DNA of 64,000 bases, from positions 19,268,625-19,332,624 of the forward strand of contig CM119263.1 in assembly GCA_051294375.1 (NCBI GenBank). Reading direction: 5' to 3'. A model generated the notes under the pieces. That model did not search any database and had not been told where the DNA came from. It saw only the letters and a program-made list of their open reading frames with translations. The position numbers were made by a program, and so were the translations under genes. Positions within the stretch are counted from its first letter, which is position 1. Each line of letters opens with the position of its first letter. Positions 1-34,288 of this stretch are shown here, in pieces. The DNA comes from Paraspadella gotoi (lineage: Eukaryota; Animalia; Chaetognatha).

Positions 1-3000
1 CAAATCAATTTCATCATATTATTTTAATTATTCCCAGGAGAAAAAATCTTTCAAATCACCTAAAAATTGAATAAAATCCGAAAAAAGCAAATCGTTTCAT
101 TCGTTCAAACCCACCAACTTTAACGAAACGGTGCTCGGAAAATTTAAGGTTCAGGCCATTTTTAGTAGGAAACAATCGTCATAAAAATCATGTTCGCTTT
201 TTGTCATCGCTATCAATGACCTATTTTTTGTTGGACTCAAATTTTTGAGAAATCATTTTTAATAATTATTCTCCAACAAACTCGTCGTCGTCGTTTTCGT
301 CTCCCTCGCTCTTCGTCGTTGTCGAGGTCGTCGTCGAATCTTCTCGGGAAATTAAAATTGGATTTTGTCATAATTTGATCCTCAAAATTGAAGGCGACGA
401 AAGCCCTTCCTCAGGAGATGGGAGAAACGTCGTTGGCGTCGTCATCGTCGTCAACGAAAGCTATACCTGGGATTTTTGAAGTTTTACGTTTTACGTCCCC
501 ATAGTATCCAAATATAGTCATTTCATTATTTGCTTTAATTTTCGACTTTCGATATCCGGTCTTCGTTTAGGTCTTTGTCCGTCCGTCGATATGGTCGTCA
601 TGGAAACAACTCCTCACCATCGCTTTCATCGTCTTGGAGAGCAATTTCTTTTGGAGCAATTATCGGTTTTAGTGTCGAGCGGTTGTCTCATTTTTCCTCC
701 TTCGATGTCTCATCGTCTCGAGCCATAACGTCGTTCGTGCCGTCGTGGTCGTCGTCTTTGTCGTTCTCATTGTCGCCCTCCTCGTCGTCGTGGTTGTCAT
801 TGTTGCACTTGGCTTTGTCATCGTCGCTTTTGTCATTGCCATTATCGTTTAAGTCGTTGTCGTCCTCTTCGTCTTCATTGTCGCCCTCGTCGTCGAAACC
901 TGATCGGCCGATTGCGACCAAAATTTATTTCGAGTTGCAAATTTTTTTTCCCATTTGTATGCAATCTCACTTTTTTACTAATTTATATTGAGTTTCCTAA
1001 TCTCAGTATGCGAATATAAAAAAAACAAAAAACAGAACAAAGAGATTTAAATTAATATTTGAGAAAAAGTAATTTGTACCGTACTAGTTTCCCATGTTAC
1101 GTCGCATCAACTCAAGATCGTTTAAAATCAATCACTCGGAAGAAGAGTTTTCATCCGTCCTCGATGACCCCTACTGTAGCGTTTACTCTATTAGTGTTAA
1201 CTTTAAAAGTGTTCATGATAATGTGTGTAATAATAATGATGTGGTGATGATGATGATGATAATGATGATAAATGATAATATGTTCAAACTGCTCATGTGA
1301 TAAAAAATTCCAATTTCTGAACTTCACAAAAGGAAATGAAGAGGAAAAGCGAAAAAGTACATACGACTCGAGAGAAAAGTGACTGGAAATTGGAATGAGG
1401 ATGAATGATCAAACTTGACGGGGAAGACTGAGTGGAACAAACGGAGAAATTAGGCGCCGACGAAATTACAAAATAATCTTCGACTAATCTCGGTATAATC
1501 GGTGGAAACGGGAGAAGAGCCAAAAGACAAACACCGCAACTGCAGAAGCTGTTCACAAAGACAATGACCTCGCCTAGTTTCCGGTAAAACAGCGACAACA
1601 ACGAGAACGACGACGACGACGACATGTCCAATTTCTCACTCGATAAAACTTTTGCCATCGAGTCGGCGGCTCGTGTTCTCGTCCTCTGCTCATTTCCGGT
1701 TTCGCTTCCGCCCTCGAAACCACGCTTCCACCCGACGTTTTACGTAGGAAATCGGAATGTACGACGGACATTACATCCGGGTCTACAACTCCCGGGGTTT
1801 TAGTTTTCTTTGGAGTCAGATCCAAAAAAAAAAATTATTCGGCGGGTTGAATTGAACTAGTTGCACTAAATAGCAGCATTTATTCTCAATTCCACGAGGA
1901 TACCAAAATTTTAACTGGGGATTGAACCGAAATATCCGAGGACTCGATGTCTGGCGTTCATGCGGCTTTCACTCGAGAGTGGAATTTGCTTCTGCTCTAG
2001 AAAAATTGACTTTTTTTAGCTGCTTTTAAGCCAATTTTGGGCGGTCGGTTGGTCTGTCCATCAGATGTTTTAAATATTTATAATTTGGGTTTTATAAATT
2101 AAATTTTTTACTATTTAGTAGTAAAAAAAGTAGTTTTAAAAATATAACATAACCTAAAAATAAATGTGGCATAATTAATCTAATTCTTAATTATTGTTAT
2201 TAATATTTAATAATTAGGCAATATGCTTATCAAACAATATGTCCATGTCCCTTTGCAGCATTATGATGCAATGGCAATGCAAATAAAGCTTAGCTCTATG
2301 GGAAAAACTGCTTATATAAAAATTAACATTTTGAGGTAATAAAATATTATTATGTTAATGAAATATTTTCTGTTACAGCCGCGGTTAACATCCTAAATTA
2401 TTTCGACAGGGCAAAATTAACTTATCATGTTGTCATCTATTACCAAACATCATAATATCACAGAGCTTGGGCTAATGACAAGAGATGTTATAAAGATGGG
2501 TCATTATAATTTTAATATAGTAAATAAAATAAGTGCTGAAGCCAATTGATGTTATCTTAAATATCATATAATGTCCTGATGAAGGTGAACAGTCCTCATG
2601 ATGGTAACCCATGCTCAAAAAATGACATACTGAAGTAAAAATTTTATTTGTGACAACCAGTGATAAACCGTAAGATGTTTATTATGCATTCATTTTATAT
2701 TTATGTAGTCACGGGTCGAAGAGAGTAACTAAGGCTCAACAACTTAACTTGAAGGTTCTTGTTTCCTCATGAACTGAACAAATTTTGCAAAATCTGGGCT
2801 TTGTTTTTTTTGAGTTGGCTGAATTGATTTTCAAATTTTGTTGTTGTTTGATGAACTTTTCATAAATTTTTTTTGTCGTTGCCGATTTTGATTTTCACTT
2901 CACCTCGAGGTCGTTGACGTCGTCGTCGTGTTTTTTATATTTACAAGTTTATTTCAAATTAACAATTTTATTCAGTGACAGGTATCGACAAAGAGATACT

Positions 3001-3059
3001 ATAATTATAAGTAAATAACAGCAACATATATAATTATATAATATATAAAATCCACCAAC

Positions 3060-3215
3060 CGTTCATCAGCGGCCATTGGTGCAGGAGGCAAGTCATTCGC
3101 CTCCCAACCCAAAGGTCCGGGGTTCTAGCCCAGTTAAGAGGGACGGGGCGCTTAACCCGCCTGTAACACCGTGTTACAGCCTGATCCGAAGCTCAGGGAC
3201 TGCTTATATTGAACG
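3060..3215 (+). mobile_element. SINE-like element: tRNA-derived head plus twister ribozyme (3131-3202)
   Basis: A-box TGGTGCAGGAGG 3077-3088, B-box GGTTCTAGCCC 3121-3131; then CAGTT-AA-GAGG-GA-CGG-GGCGCT-TAA-CCC-GC-[CTGTAACA/TGTTACAG]-CCTGA-TCCGAAGC-TCAGG-GACTG. Boundaries approximate. Confidence 0.78.
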
Positions 3216-3506
3216 CTTCTGTCACTAACATATAACAATAATTACTGTCTCTTCAATATATATATTGTGTTTAATTCAGAATTTATACGTTTTTAAAAAC
3301 TATGTTGAAAAGTTATTTTTTATCGATTTTAATTATTTATTTATTATTTTGCGAGAGAGAGAGAGAGAGAGATGATGAGAGAGAGGAGAGAGAAGAGAGA
3401 GAGAGAGAAAGAGAGAGAGAGAGGAGATTGTGAGAGAGAGAGAGAGATTCGAGAGAGAGATTGTAAGAGAAAAAGAAAAAAAAATTGTCACTTCGCCCCT
3501 TTTTAG

Positions 3507-23716
<20,210 letters not shown>

Positions 23717-25982
23717 GCAGACGAATTTGGACAACGAAATTAGTTTAGATCATAGCGACGACAATCACGGAGCTAACTCGACACTGGTGCCAATTCTAGT
23801 CGTAGATGTAGAAAACGTTGGACAACGACAAAAGTCAACGAATTCGTTTCGTTTTGTTTCATTTTTTTTTTCTAGTTGAGAGTTATTCGTCAAGATTTTT
23901 TAAGAAAAAAAAATATAAAAGACATCTCTCGAGAGTTTTTTTGAAGAAAGAGTAAGGGATAGTAAAAATGAATATTTTAAATACATGATGTATCTTAGTT
24001 TATCTCCACGCTTTTAGGAAAACTTTTCGCCTGTTTTTTTTCGTTTTCGAGAATACCAAATTTTAAGCTTTTTCTCTCTCTTCCATCATATTTTGGCTGT
24101 GATAGGACTTACCTTTTGGCGAATAATGGGGAAATCTGTATTTCAAGTTTTAAACGATAGAGCGATCTCGATTATTTATACTTTGTTTATTTTTTTCCCT
24201 TTCAAATTCTTTTTGACCCTTATAATTTTTACTTTCTCTCAAGTCTCCAAATCCATAAAGACCTCTATTTTTTTAAAAATGATTTAAAAAAATGTTAATA
24301 AAAAAGAGCAGATATTGACGTCATTCAGACACGTAAAAAAATGATTCTCAACTCATTAACACGTCAATCCTATTTAACAAACATATCTGCGCACATTTTT
24401 TCCTCAAAAACTTCATTTTTTTCCTAATAACGTGTTTATATGAATAAGATAAAACTACAAAGAATTTATGTTATCCGTCACTTACCTCTTCGTCGATACT
24501 CTTGTTTTTCCGATCGTTATGAATGTTTACATGTCACCTCATTTTTGCACGTACGGATTGTGCGGTGGGTAAGAACACGCACTAGATCTTTTTATGCGCA
24601 CGCTCGTCGCTTTTCTATCTTTTTATTTTCTCGTACCAACTACTACGAATGGTTGTAAAGAAGGCTAAAAGAACGCCAGCACCCTCCGTTATAACTCGGG
24701 CATTATAATTCATTTGTTTGTAATTGATTTGTTATAAAGTGTTTGATTGGTTTTTGTTTTGCCCAAACGAAACATAATCATACGATGTTTAGCAAGTGCC
24801 ATTGCAGTCAACCAGCAATCTTTATTATTTTGCTAATACAAATCTTAACGGATTTTTTTATCCGTAAGACAAGCATGACACTTAGTAAAAATTGAAATCA
24901 CTTTACTGTAAATTTGATATGGGCCATAGCCCCGAGTGTCTTCTAACAAGGGAGAAGCAATGAAAAAAAAAATTCGTTGCCTTTTTTAATTCATTCGGAA
25001 AAAAAGACTGCCAATTGGTTTGTGTTCGATTATTCATCACTCACAAGTGATTGACGATTTTCGAAAATCGGCAACGAACAATTTCCAACGCACATAAGAG
25101 AAACATACAGAACTATTTCTGTACGAAGCAAAAACCTCGCAAACTATTCGAATAACGACCTCCCCCCCTTGTCTCGCAACCACCGAAAATAGCCTGAATG
25201 TTCTCGACATGATTTTTTTTTATTAGCCGCATCGATTTGAAAAGTCTAAACCCTATACTTTCACTCCTATAAATGTTTGTTTATGAAGAGCATGACCCGT
25301 TACGAATAAAATGTAAATATATTATCTCTTTAAACCTACCCGCTGTCTGGTGTCCTGTATACGTCTTTCAAAGGAAAAAGGTATGCTCAAAGTTTTGATT
25401 AAGAAAAAATGTTTTTTTCTATTTGTTGCGTGTGATAAAACATTTAATTTATGAAAAAAGAAGAGTTGCCCTTATTAAAAATCACATTTATTTTCCAAAT
25501 CGACTTTTTATTTATGAAAAGGTTCAAGAAGAAAGAAAATAAATAGCTGGATACCTATTTTAGAAAAGAGGTGATAAAGGGCAAAAGATTTTAAAAGGAA
25601 AAAGAATGTATAAGAATGTATAAACGGATGTAGGGTTAGATGCTCTTTTTTTCCCTCACTCAATCAAGTTGTAGCGTCACGTAGCGGATACCACGCTGCT
25701 CTTCAACTAATGACCTAAAGCAAACAAAAGACCAGCTATCCAACAACACATTCGCGTTCGAACAAATAAAAATTCTGACCTAAAAATAAAACCTAGATAG
25801 ATTCGATAAACTACGAAACGATCGTATTTAAAAATAAAAAAATGTTGGGGGAGCCCTTCCTTATTTTTTTTTAAAAACAAAACCTCTCCCTTTCATTGTT
25901 ATTATTTTGCAACAAAGAAGACGAAATCACCAAAACAACTCAATTATTGTTGCCTATCTTGTCACGAACCTTACCATCGACA

Positions 25983-27196
25983 ATGACAACGATGCAGACT
26001 TCCGTGATTCACACGCAAAAGCCGGACATGTGCACCAAAGTGGCACGTCAGCTGCAACGGCCCATAAAATGCAAGGGGTTCACCATCCAGTCCTACATGG
26101 AAAACAGCAAGGTGATCGTTAATTATTAAATTGAATAATGACAATCTTTTTTTGGTTCACTAAAATATTTTTAAATACTTTTAAGTACTCTAAATACTTT
26201 TAGTTATGTCCTCTAGGTCGTCCCGCCTCCTCGGGCCAACTTTTTCACGCCTAGGAAACCGGGAAACAACACACTTTTCCGGAAATACTACGACCGGGCG
26301 GATCTGCCGATCCAGATAGAGCACGGCTCTCGGCAGAAGATTGCCTGGAAGGTAGAGATCGAGAAGCTGGACTTCCATCACTATCTACCGCTGTTCTTCG
26401 ATGGTAAAGAGATCGATTGATTGATTGTTTAACTGAATTTCGTTAAACTTATTGTTTTTATTAAACAATTTGTTTAAAAAATTTCTGTGATTTTGCTTCA
26501 ACGGATCAACTTGAATAACTGGTTTATTGCTGATTGAATGACCGCTGGCCACAGGCCTTTGCGAGTACCAGCATCCCTACCGATTCTTCGCTCGCACCGG
26601 CGTTAACGACATGCTGTCGCACGGCGGCTCCAAGATTTTGCCTGTTGTGCCTCAACTCATAATCCCCATCAAAAACGCGCTAAATCTTCGAGATCCCAAG
26701 GTCATCTGCAACACGCTCAAGGTGAGGTTGGTCGGGATGTTTTCGAAATTTATTCTTCGTCGACGAATCGGTCTCAATATTCTTTCGTTCCTTATCCTCT
26801 CCTCTCGACAGGTGCTGCAAAAACTGGCCAAGTCGGCGGACATGGTCGGCGAGGCGCTGGTGCCGTACTACAGGCAGATCCTGCCGATCCTCAACGCCTA
26901 CAAAGAGATGAAGGTCTGCAGCGGAGACGGGATCGACTACGCTCAGCAGAGGAAAGAGTCCGTGGGCGATCTCATCGAGGTCAAGGATTGGTCGGATGAG
27001 TAGAGCGGGTTCTGTGGCGAGCGTTGTGCTGGCTCAGATTTGGAGTAGACGAAAGCATCGACTATTGTAGTTTCAAATGTTTTCTCTTTGCTCTTCTCAG
27101 GAGACCCTGGAAGTGCTGGAGCGCTACGGCGGCGAAGACGCCTTCATCAACATCAAGTACATGGTGCCGACCTACGAATCCTGCATCCTCAATTAA
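25983..27196 (+). CDS. PACRG: Parkin co-regulated gene protein (axonemal inner-junction protein), 5 exons
   Basis: Exons 25983-26111, 26217-26403, 26555-26721, 26812-26979, 27101-27196, all GT-AG. Peptides [90 protein letters not shown]. The start ATG (25983 vs 25992) is uncertain. Confidence 0.96.
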
Positions 27197-28784
27197 AAAG
27201 ACTTTCGACGTCGCGCTTGTGAAGAAGCTCGTCCGAGAACTCAGTCAACGAAGGACCTCGTGAGGCCGAGGTCCTTCCTCTTCCATCCAATTCAATCTCT
27301 TTTTTCTTCGATCTCTTAAAAAAAAAACAACAACAAAAAACTAAATCCTGTTTATTTCCGTCATTCATTGAAGATCTTCTGCCACGCCTTTTTAAATATT
27401 GAAGAAAAAAAACTAAAAAAAAAAAAATCTAAAAATGAATTATGGATTATCATTATGGATATCTAATTTTTCGTTATTGATGAAAACTGTGTGAATTTGG
27501 GGGAGAAAACTTTTTTTAATGGAATACATTAGAATGGGTGAAATGTTTGAACAATTTTTTTTTTCTTAAATTTTTCCCTCAATTCAAGAAAATCTAGCGT
27601 TAGGGCGTCAGTTAAGTCATGATTTTGATCTCAGAAGTTAAAATTCGCAAAAACAATTGAATCGGGGACTTTATTTTATTATTTCTGTTAGCGAAGTAAG
27701 GTTATAATTATAGTTATCGGTTAAACGAGACAGCGAAATTATTAAGTCGAATCTCGCGGCGGGCGTGATTCACCTTCGAGTCTCGCAATCGCGACCAACA
27801 AGTTAACATAACCTCATCCAACTCTTCTCCTCTTCCTCTTCCTCCTCCGCCTTCGTCGAATTCAGCTGATAATTGTTGCCACATGTGTTTTCATGATGCG
27901 TCCCGAATGTCTTCCTGTGAGAATGCTCCGTCGTGGTCTCCGCCTCACCGCCCCCGCCCCCCCCCCAAGTTTCACGGCCGCCCCTCTCGTAATTTTCACG
28001 TGAATCTCCTCCTTTGAGTCTCGAATTGTGACTCGACGTCGTTTCGCGTCTTACGAGTTTTTTTTTTCCTTCGTCGAGAGTCGCGCGTTTCGCCGCGAGG
28101 ATTCGTCGCAAGATTTCGTCGTGCTTTTTAATTTCTTTTTTTTTATTATTATCTTGATATCGTAAAATAAGTCGTTTTTGCGATGATACGCACTATATAC
28201 CCGAGAAAATGAGAATTATGAGATACTTCAAACGAAAACGTGAAAAAAGCGAACTTACAAAAATAAAAAGCAGCGAAATCAAAGAGACGAAAATATCTAC
28301 GAAAGATTTGAATACAAGAATCAAGATATATAAAGTAGGAAAAATAGTTGAGGGGAAAAAACGTTTAAAAAAAAATAATGAAGATGAAATAAAATAAAAA
28401 GATGAAAACAAATCACGTCTACTAATGATCTCAAAAGCCACGAACAAGGTAATTTCAGACTTTTTTTAAAAATTTATCTTTATTTTCTTAATTTGCCCAT
28501 TTATTTATATTTTATGCTTTTTTGAAGTTTGTATCGTGGGTCTGCATGAACGAATCCTTAGATTTCTTTCATTTAAAAAACTTCAACTGTATTTCACCAC
28601 CAGTCTGAAAAAATATTGAAAGGAGGGGGCGGGGGCGTCGGCCCGAGTTATCCCCCGCAAACGATCTCCGGTACGAATTTGTTTACAGACTGTTCCTTCG
28701 TTCAATTTAAATATTTAAAATAATAAAATTCGCTCCTTTCCCCTCGCGGAGCCAAAGAATTTTGTTTCCGACGAAAGAGAGAAT

Positions 28785-28886
<102 letters not shown>

Positions 28887-31122
28887 GAAGAGTCGGCCTC
28901 GAGGTTTGTGTTTATTTTGGTTGATTGAATTTTTCCCGTCCGAATTCAAGAAAAAAAATTGAAAAAAAAAAATCGGTTAGAATACGAGATTTCATGAGAT
29001 GGAGAAGACCCCAAAAAATAAAAAAAAAGGAAAGAGAGAGAGAGTAAGAGAGAGTGAGAGAGTGAGTCTTGAGGTAGGGTTAGTGAGTCGGCTTTAAAAA
29101 GGCCATTTCCTGCCCTGCGGTAAAAACATAACTCCTTTCAACGAAGATCGATTTCACGGGGCGCGTTGATCCGCCGCAACCATTTATTTCCTGTCTCCGT
29201 TTTATCCGCTTCGATCTTTTTTCTCCGTTACTTGCAACCGGTTTCAGTCGGTCAGCGTTCGGGTACCAGTTCATTAGCTGTGACGATTCACAATAACAAT
29301 TAAAGTATTTTCATAAATATGATTTTTAATAATAAGTCGCAATAATCGGAAAATTGATACTGTTGTTTTCAGCGTCGCCTTCAGCCGAATTAATCGTGCG
29401 GCGAGATCTTTGGCGCAATGGAGTAGTTGGCGCCGTCGCCGCAATTGACACCAGAGATGGACGAAGGCGGAAAGTCGTCGGGTTTCCATTTCTGAATTGA
29501 GGAAGAAGTGGGCCATTCGAAAGCGGGTGAAAGAAAGGGGTGGGGGAAAAAGTGGTTTCGACTGAGTTGACATTTGTGGCAGATTTTTTAGGATTCAGTT
29601 TTGTCGTAGTTGACCTTTTTTTAACAACTTTATATCTGGATATTCGAGTTTTGAGTTTCGATCACCGTCGTTTTCGTCGTCGTCGTTATCGACGTTTTTT
29701 TAATCTTCCTCGTCGTCGTCGTCGTCGTCGCTATCGTCATCGCTATTCCAGAGCCTAAAATCGTGACTCAGACTTGGAAATCGATTCCCGAGAAGATTCT
29801 TATCGATTTTATTACTCAAGGTATTTGAAACTATTTTGACTAAAACCTTATTGCTCTTGGTGGAATTTTTTTACCTCTTTTTATTCGCGAAAACGTACCT
29901 TAATATTTTATAAACTTACTAGTATTTCGTTTAGTTTTTTTCAGCCTATATTTTTTTCGGATGATGTGCCATTGTGCCCTGCGTCGCACTCCTCTTTTCA
30001 AATATCAACGTTTTCGATCAAAAACCTCTCTATCTCTATCTCTATCTCTATCCGAACTCCATCACCCAAGGCTGCTCCCGCATTTGCCTCCCCTCCCTTC
30101 ACCCCAGTCTCTCTCTGGTACTCCGCCCTTTTTGAGCATCCCTTCCTCTTGTCCATCGTAAAGCCGTCCAACTGTTACGGCCTCGGACCTTGTTCTCTCG
30201 AAAATGATGCATTTTGCAATAATTTTTAAATGCGAATCAGATAGTATCATTCATAAAATTTGAAAAAAAAATTAACAGAAACGATCAAATTTTTAATAAA
30301 CTCACAGTTAAACGAATGACAATCAAAATAAAAAAGAAATTGTTTTTCAATTTCCAGCATCTACGCCATTTTCCGTCCGCCATTATTCATTTTTCTCCTC
30401 GTAGTATTTACGATATTTCTACCATTTTCCCTCTGCCATTCGTCATTTCCCCAGCATCTTTACCGTCTTTCCCTTGCCATACCCGACGTTTATTCCGGTC
30501 TGGAGTCTCATTTCTGTCCGTTTCCGACTTTTAGCGCCGCGTATCCCCGGTTTATTTACGTAACCCTAATTACCCTACGGAGACGAGGTCCACTGCCGCC
30601 CTCTCCTTTACGATCGCTTCGTTCTATTTTTATTTTCTTTCGAATTCTCCTCCCAGACATCGAAAATAATTGTTGCTCTTCGGTTAAGGCGTTTATTTTC
30701 AAGGCGCAAGACTAAGTTCACATAGTCGTAAATCATATCTAATCCATTAGATTTACCATTTACAACTTTTTTAACCAAAACACTATATCATTTTGAATAT
30801 TATTTACAAAAACCTTTCTCCGTACCTTTCAACACTTTTTTTTTGCATTCCGCATTCCGCATTCCTCATTTCGATTTCCTCAATTCGCATTTCGCCACTT
30901 GCATTTCCTTGACCCGGATTCCGGACACGATTTCGGCGGAAACCAAAAGCGGCTTCCATTTCCATTTCCTCGATGGAAATCCTCGATATCTTACGCTTCC
31001 ATATTTGGAATGAGTCATCTCCCATTTCGTCATCGTCATCCTCCTTTCCTTTTCTCTTAAGCGGCAGGATTTTCGCCTCTCCGTCTCTACCACCGCTCTC
31101 TCTCTCATCTCTCTCACTCTCA

Positions 31123-31181
<59 letters not shown>

Positions 31182-31214
31182 CCTCACCCTCTCATCAGCT
31201 GACGACCAAGTAGT

Positions 31215-31410
31215 GAATACGTGACGCGTCCCGCGCGAATTCCTTCCCGCTCATTGGCCACTTTGAAATTACTCAATCTCGGCTCACGATTGGTCGACTC
31301 GAACGCGAATTGCTCGCATTGGTCGTGACGTCAAGAAACGCGGTCTCATATTGGCCAGTCGCTCGCGCCGAGAAAAAAGTTTCCGCGTGACGCGATGACG
31401 TGGGACTCTC
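31215..31410. promoter_or_regulatory. Putative Pol II promoter: CCAAT-box cluster with CRE, E2F-like and CHR-like motifs
   Basis: ATTGG at 31253, 31289, 31318, 31350; TGACGTCA 31326-31333; TTCCCGC 31244-31250; TTTGAA 31262-31267; CpG-rich and flanked by CT/GA tracts. Confidence 0.55.
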
Positions 31411-31655
31411 AAGAAAAGAGTTATTCCACAGAAGAGCGGTGGAGGTTTAGCGACGGCGCGTGCCTGACTCAAAGGGGGGCGGGGCGGTCCCGCAGGGAGG
31501 GCGCCGGAGTAGGGGGTTCGAGGGGTAAGGGGGCAAAGATGGAGACAGGCCCTTAGGGGAAGAATCTTTTTCTCGGTGTTTATATTCTCGGTTTCTCTCG
31601 GAGTTGGCACGCGCGGGGAAAGGGGACCGAGGTTCCAAACGAATCTGAGAGAGAT

Positions 31656-31725
<70 letters not shown>

Positions 31726-31844
31726 AGAGAGAGAGAGAGTGAGAGAGAGATAAAATTACTGTTTTAAACATCTAAATGTAGATTTTTATTTCTCATGAAA
31801 ATATGTTTCTTAAGCCCAAATTACATTAATTAGAAAACATTTTG

Positions 31845-31927
31845 TTAGGAGAAAAATAGTTTTGTTTGACAACGATTTTTTGACATAAAAAAAAATCGTT
31901 GTCAAACCAAAACTGTTTTTCTCCTAA
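31845..31927. repeat. ~83-bp fold-back (MITE- or pre-miRNA-like hairpin)
   Basis: TTAGGAGAAAAATAGTTTTGTTTGACAACGATTTTTT / AAAAAATCGTTGTCAAACCAAAACTGTTTTTCTCCTAA. Confidence 0.8.
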
Positions 31928-32752
31928 TACTTCAAAAACAACGAAAAGAGAGTATATACATAAAACATTTTGTTAAATTTTTAAAACTGATAAACTAAGT
32001 TTATATAAATCGACATTGTGCTCTAAAGTCTCTTTCATACTAATTCCATTTCTCTTTCTTCTTCCATGATTTCGCTTTTACGCTCGTGAATTGTTTGGCG
32101 AAATGCCATGCGCTGACGACGAAGACGACGACGACAAAGATAAAATGGAAGCAAGGATTACGACGACGACTACGACGTCGACGACGACAAAGATAAAATG
32201 GCGACGACTACGACGACGACGAAGCCGGCGTCACATCATAGAGCGACACGTCGTTCATCCTTCCGGCTATTGCTCTGAAGACGACGATGACGACGACGAA
32301 GACGGCGCCGGTTTGACGGAGATTAGGGTCGACTTGTGTGAGAATGAATTTTTGATGAATGAAATTGCCACTGATGAACGTTTGACTAAAGTTCGCCACG
32401 CCTCTCTAGCTACTCGTTTCCGGAAGTGGGCATGGCAACCGATCATCTAAACGTCGACTGAGAGTGAAAAATCGCGTAGTGAGAGAAGAATGAAAACAAA
32501 GTAATCGAAGAAACTATAGATATTAAAACTTACGTGGTTCACGAATGAGTAAGTTAATGCGATTTTGATTTGCTCTACACTCCGAGACGTCAGACTTTTT
32601 CTCTCTCCCTCTCATTCGGTCACTGCCTTCGTATCATCCCACCAAATGCATCGCGACTTTTAAAAATCCTTTTGCATCGGTTTCTCATTTGTAGATTCCC
32701 CATGGGAGTAAAAGATGTAGAAAGAGGAGCGCAGAAAAAGAGAGAGGAGGAG

Positions 32753-32796
<44 letters not shown>

Positions 32797-32816
32797 GAGA
32801 GAGAGAGAGAGAGAGA

Positions 32817-32859
<43 letters not shown>

Positions 32860-34288
32860 AAGGGAGGGCGTGCCGTATCTCGGATCCTTTCCTTTTCGAT
32901 TTGGCGGGATTTTCTCGCTTTTTTTTTGCAGAAACTTGAAAATAACTATTTTCATTGTTTACTACTGCCAATAGCATCGTGCTTTCGATTTGCTTTTTCT
33001 ACTTTCAATGTTTGTTATTCTTTTATTTTCTCAGTCGAACTTTTGGGTTCAAGAAAAAATTCGTCTTTGTAGTGAAACTTGACTCCGATTAAATTGAATC
33101 GAAGGAAAACAAAATAAAAGAAAAGGAAGAAAAAAACTTATTTTGTTTTGTTAGGAGAGAAAACCTTTCTTCTTGAAAGTAGGGGGCAGTCAATTGAATT
33201 TGAATTGTGGGAGAAGAATGATAAGGTCGCGTTCAATTAATATGACACGTCAGTCAAAATGACACGGCAGTCGACTAATTGCAGGTAATAATGCGTTAGA
33301 ATAAAAATATTGTACAATCAATGCTAAACAGTAGGATTTGTTTAAAGCTTCCTAAAAAGTACAATTATAAAAACTTTAAAAAAGGAGTTTTGCTATCGGA
33401 TATTTCTGGAAATTGAAAAAGTGAGCAATCGAGGTGAATTCTTTATTTAGTGATTCGTTGAAATTCGAGTGAAATTCGAGTGAAATTCGATTCGACGCTA
33501 AAGTTTTTTTTCTTTTTTTTTTTTGCTACTGGATTAAAGAAACTCTGAAATTGAGTTTATTTGTTCCGTTCGTCTCCTTTTCTTTTCATTGTTTACCTTT
33601 TGTTTTCCTCTTAACCTTTTATTTTTCCTCGTTCTTTTGTTTTATATTCACGATTGGATCTCTGACTTTCGCTTTTCATTTTCGTTTATTTGTTTTATGC
33701 AGAGACTTTGATGAAATAGCTTGATCCTCTTTTAGGATTAATTTTAAATTTTGATTTATTTATTTTTTCTTTCTTTCCATATTTTTTTATAGAAAATTAT
33801 AAATGGTTTAAGAATATTATTTCTGTTGCTTCGGCCTCTTTTGTTCACAGATCCGCAATTTTTTTTCCTTTCTATATTTCTCTTTTCCTTTTCTGATCCT
33901 CTTTTATTGAGTTAATCTTTTTCCACATTTTTTTCTTTCTGTTGCTGCGAGCCAAACTAAAAATACACCCAAATATTTTTTTTTATTCTTGGTATAACGT
34001 ATTATTCGCTTTTTTCTTACCCCCCTCCCTTCCTCATCCTCCCCCGAAAATAATTCTCTCCTTTTAAAATACTAATAAATATTCAGGTCTTTTATGTTTT
34101 TATTCATTTCGCTTTAAAAGGTTTCCTCGCTGCTTCTCAACAGACAAGAGACATCGATTGTTTGGAAAGGTTGACGGCCTTCTTGCTTGCTGCTTGTCAG
34201 GCGCTTGGAAGCCGTTGATTGCTTTTTTCTCTTTCGACTCTTTTTCGCCTCGAGTCTTCGACGATTCATATTCATTAGTCGACTATGT

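Noticed and set aside
575-1825. Acidic, Ser-rich and Arg-rich ORFs
   Set aside because: Produced by (GAC/TCG)n low-complexity tracts; no domain or credible splice structure.
3069-3135. tRNA genes here, at 11908-11972 and at 22476-22545
   Set aside because: A/B boxes and a T-arm are present but acceptor and anticodon stems do not form, so these are tRNA-derived heads only.
32091-32450. 119-aa ORF near the putative promoter
   Set aside because: Dominated by GAC/ACG repeats with no recognisable homology; cannot be supported as coding.
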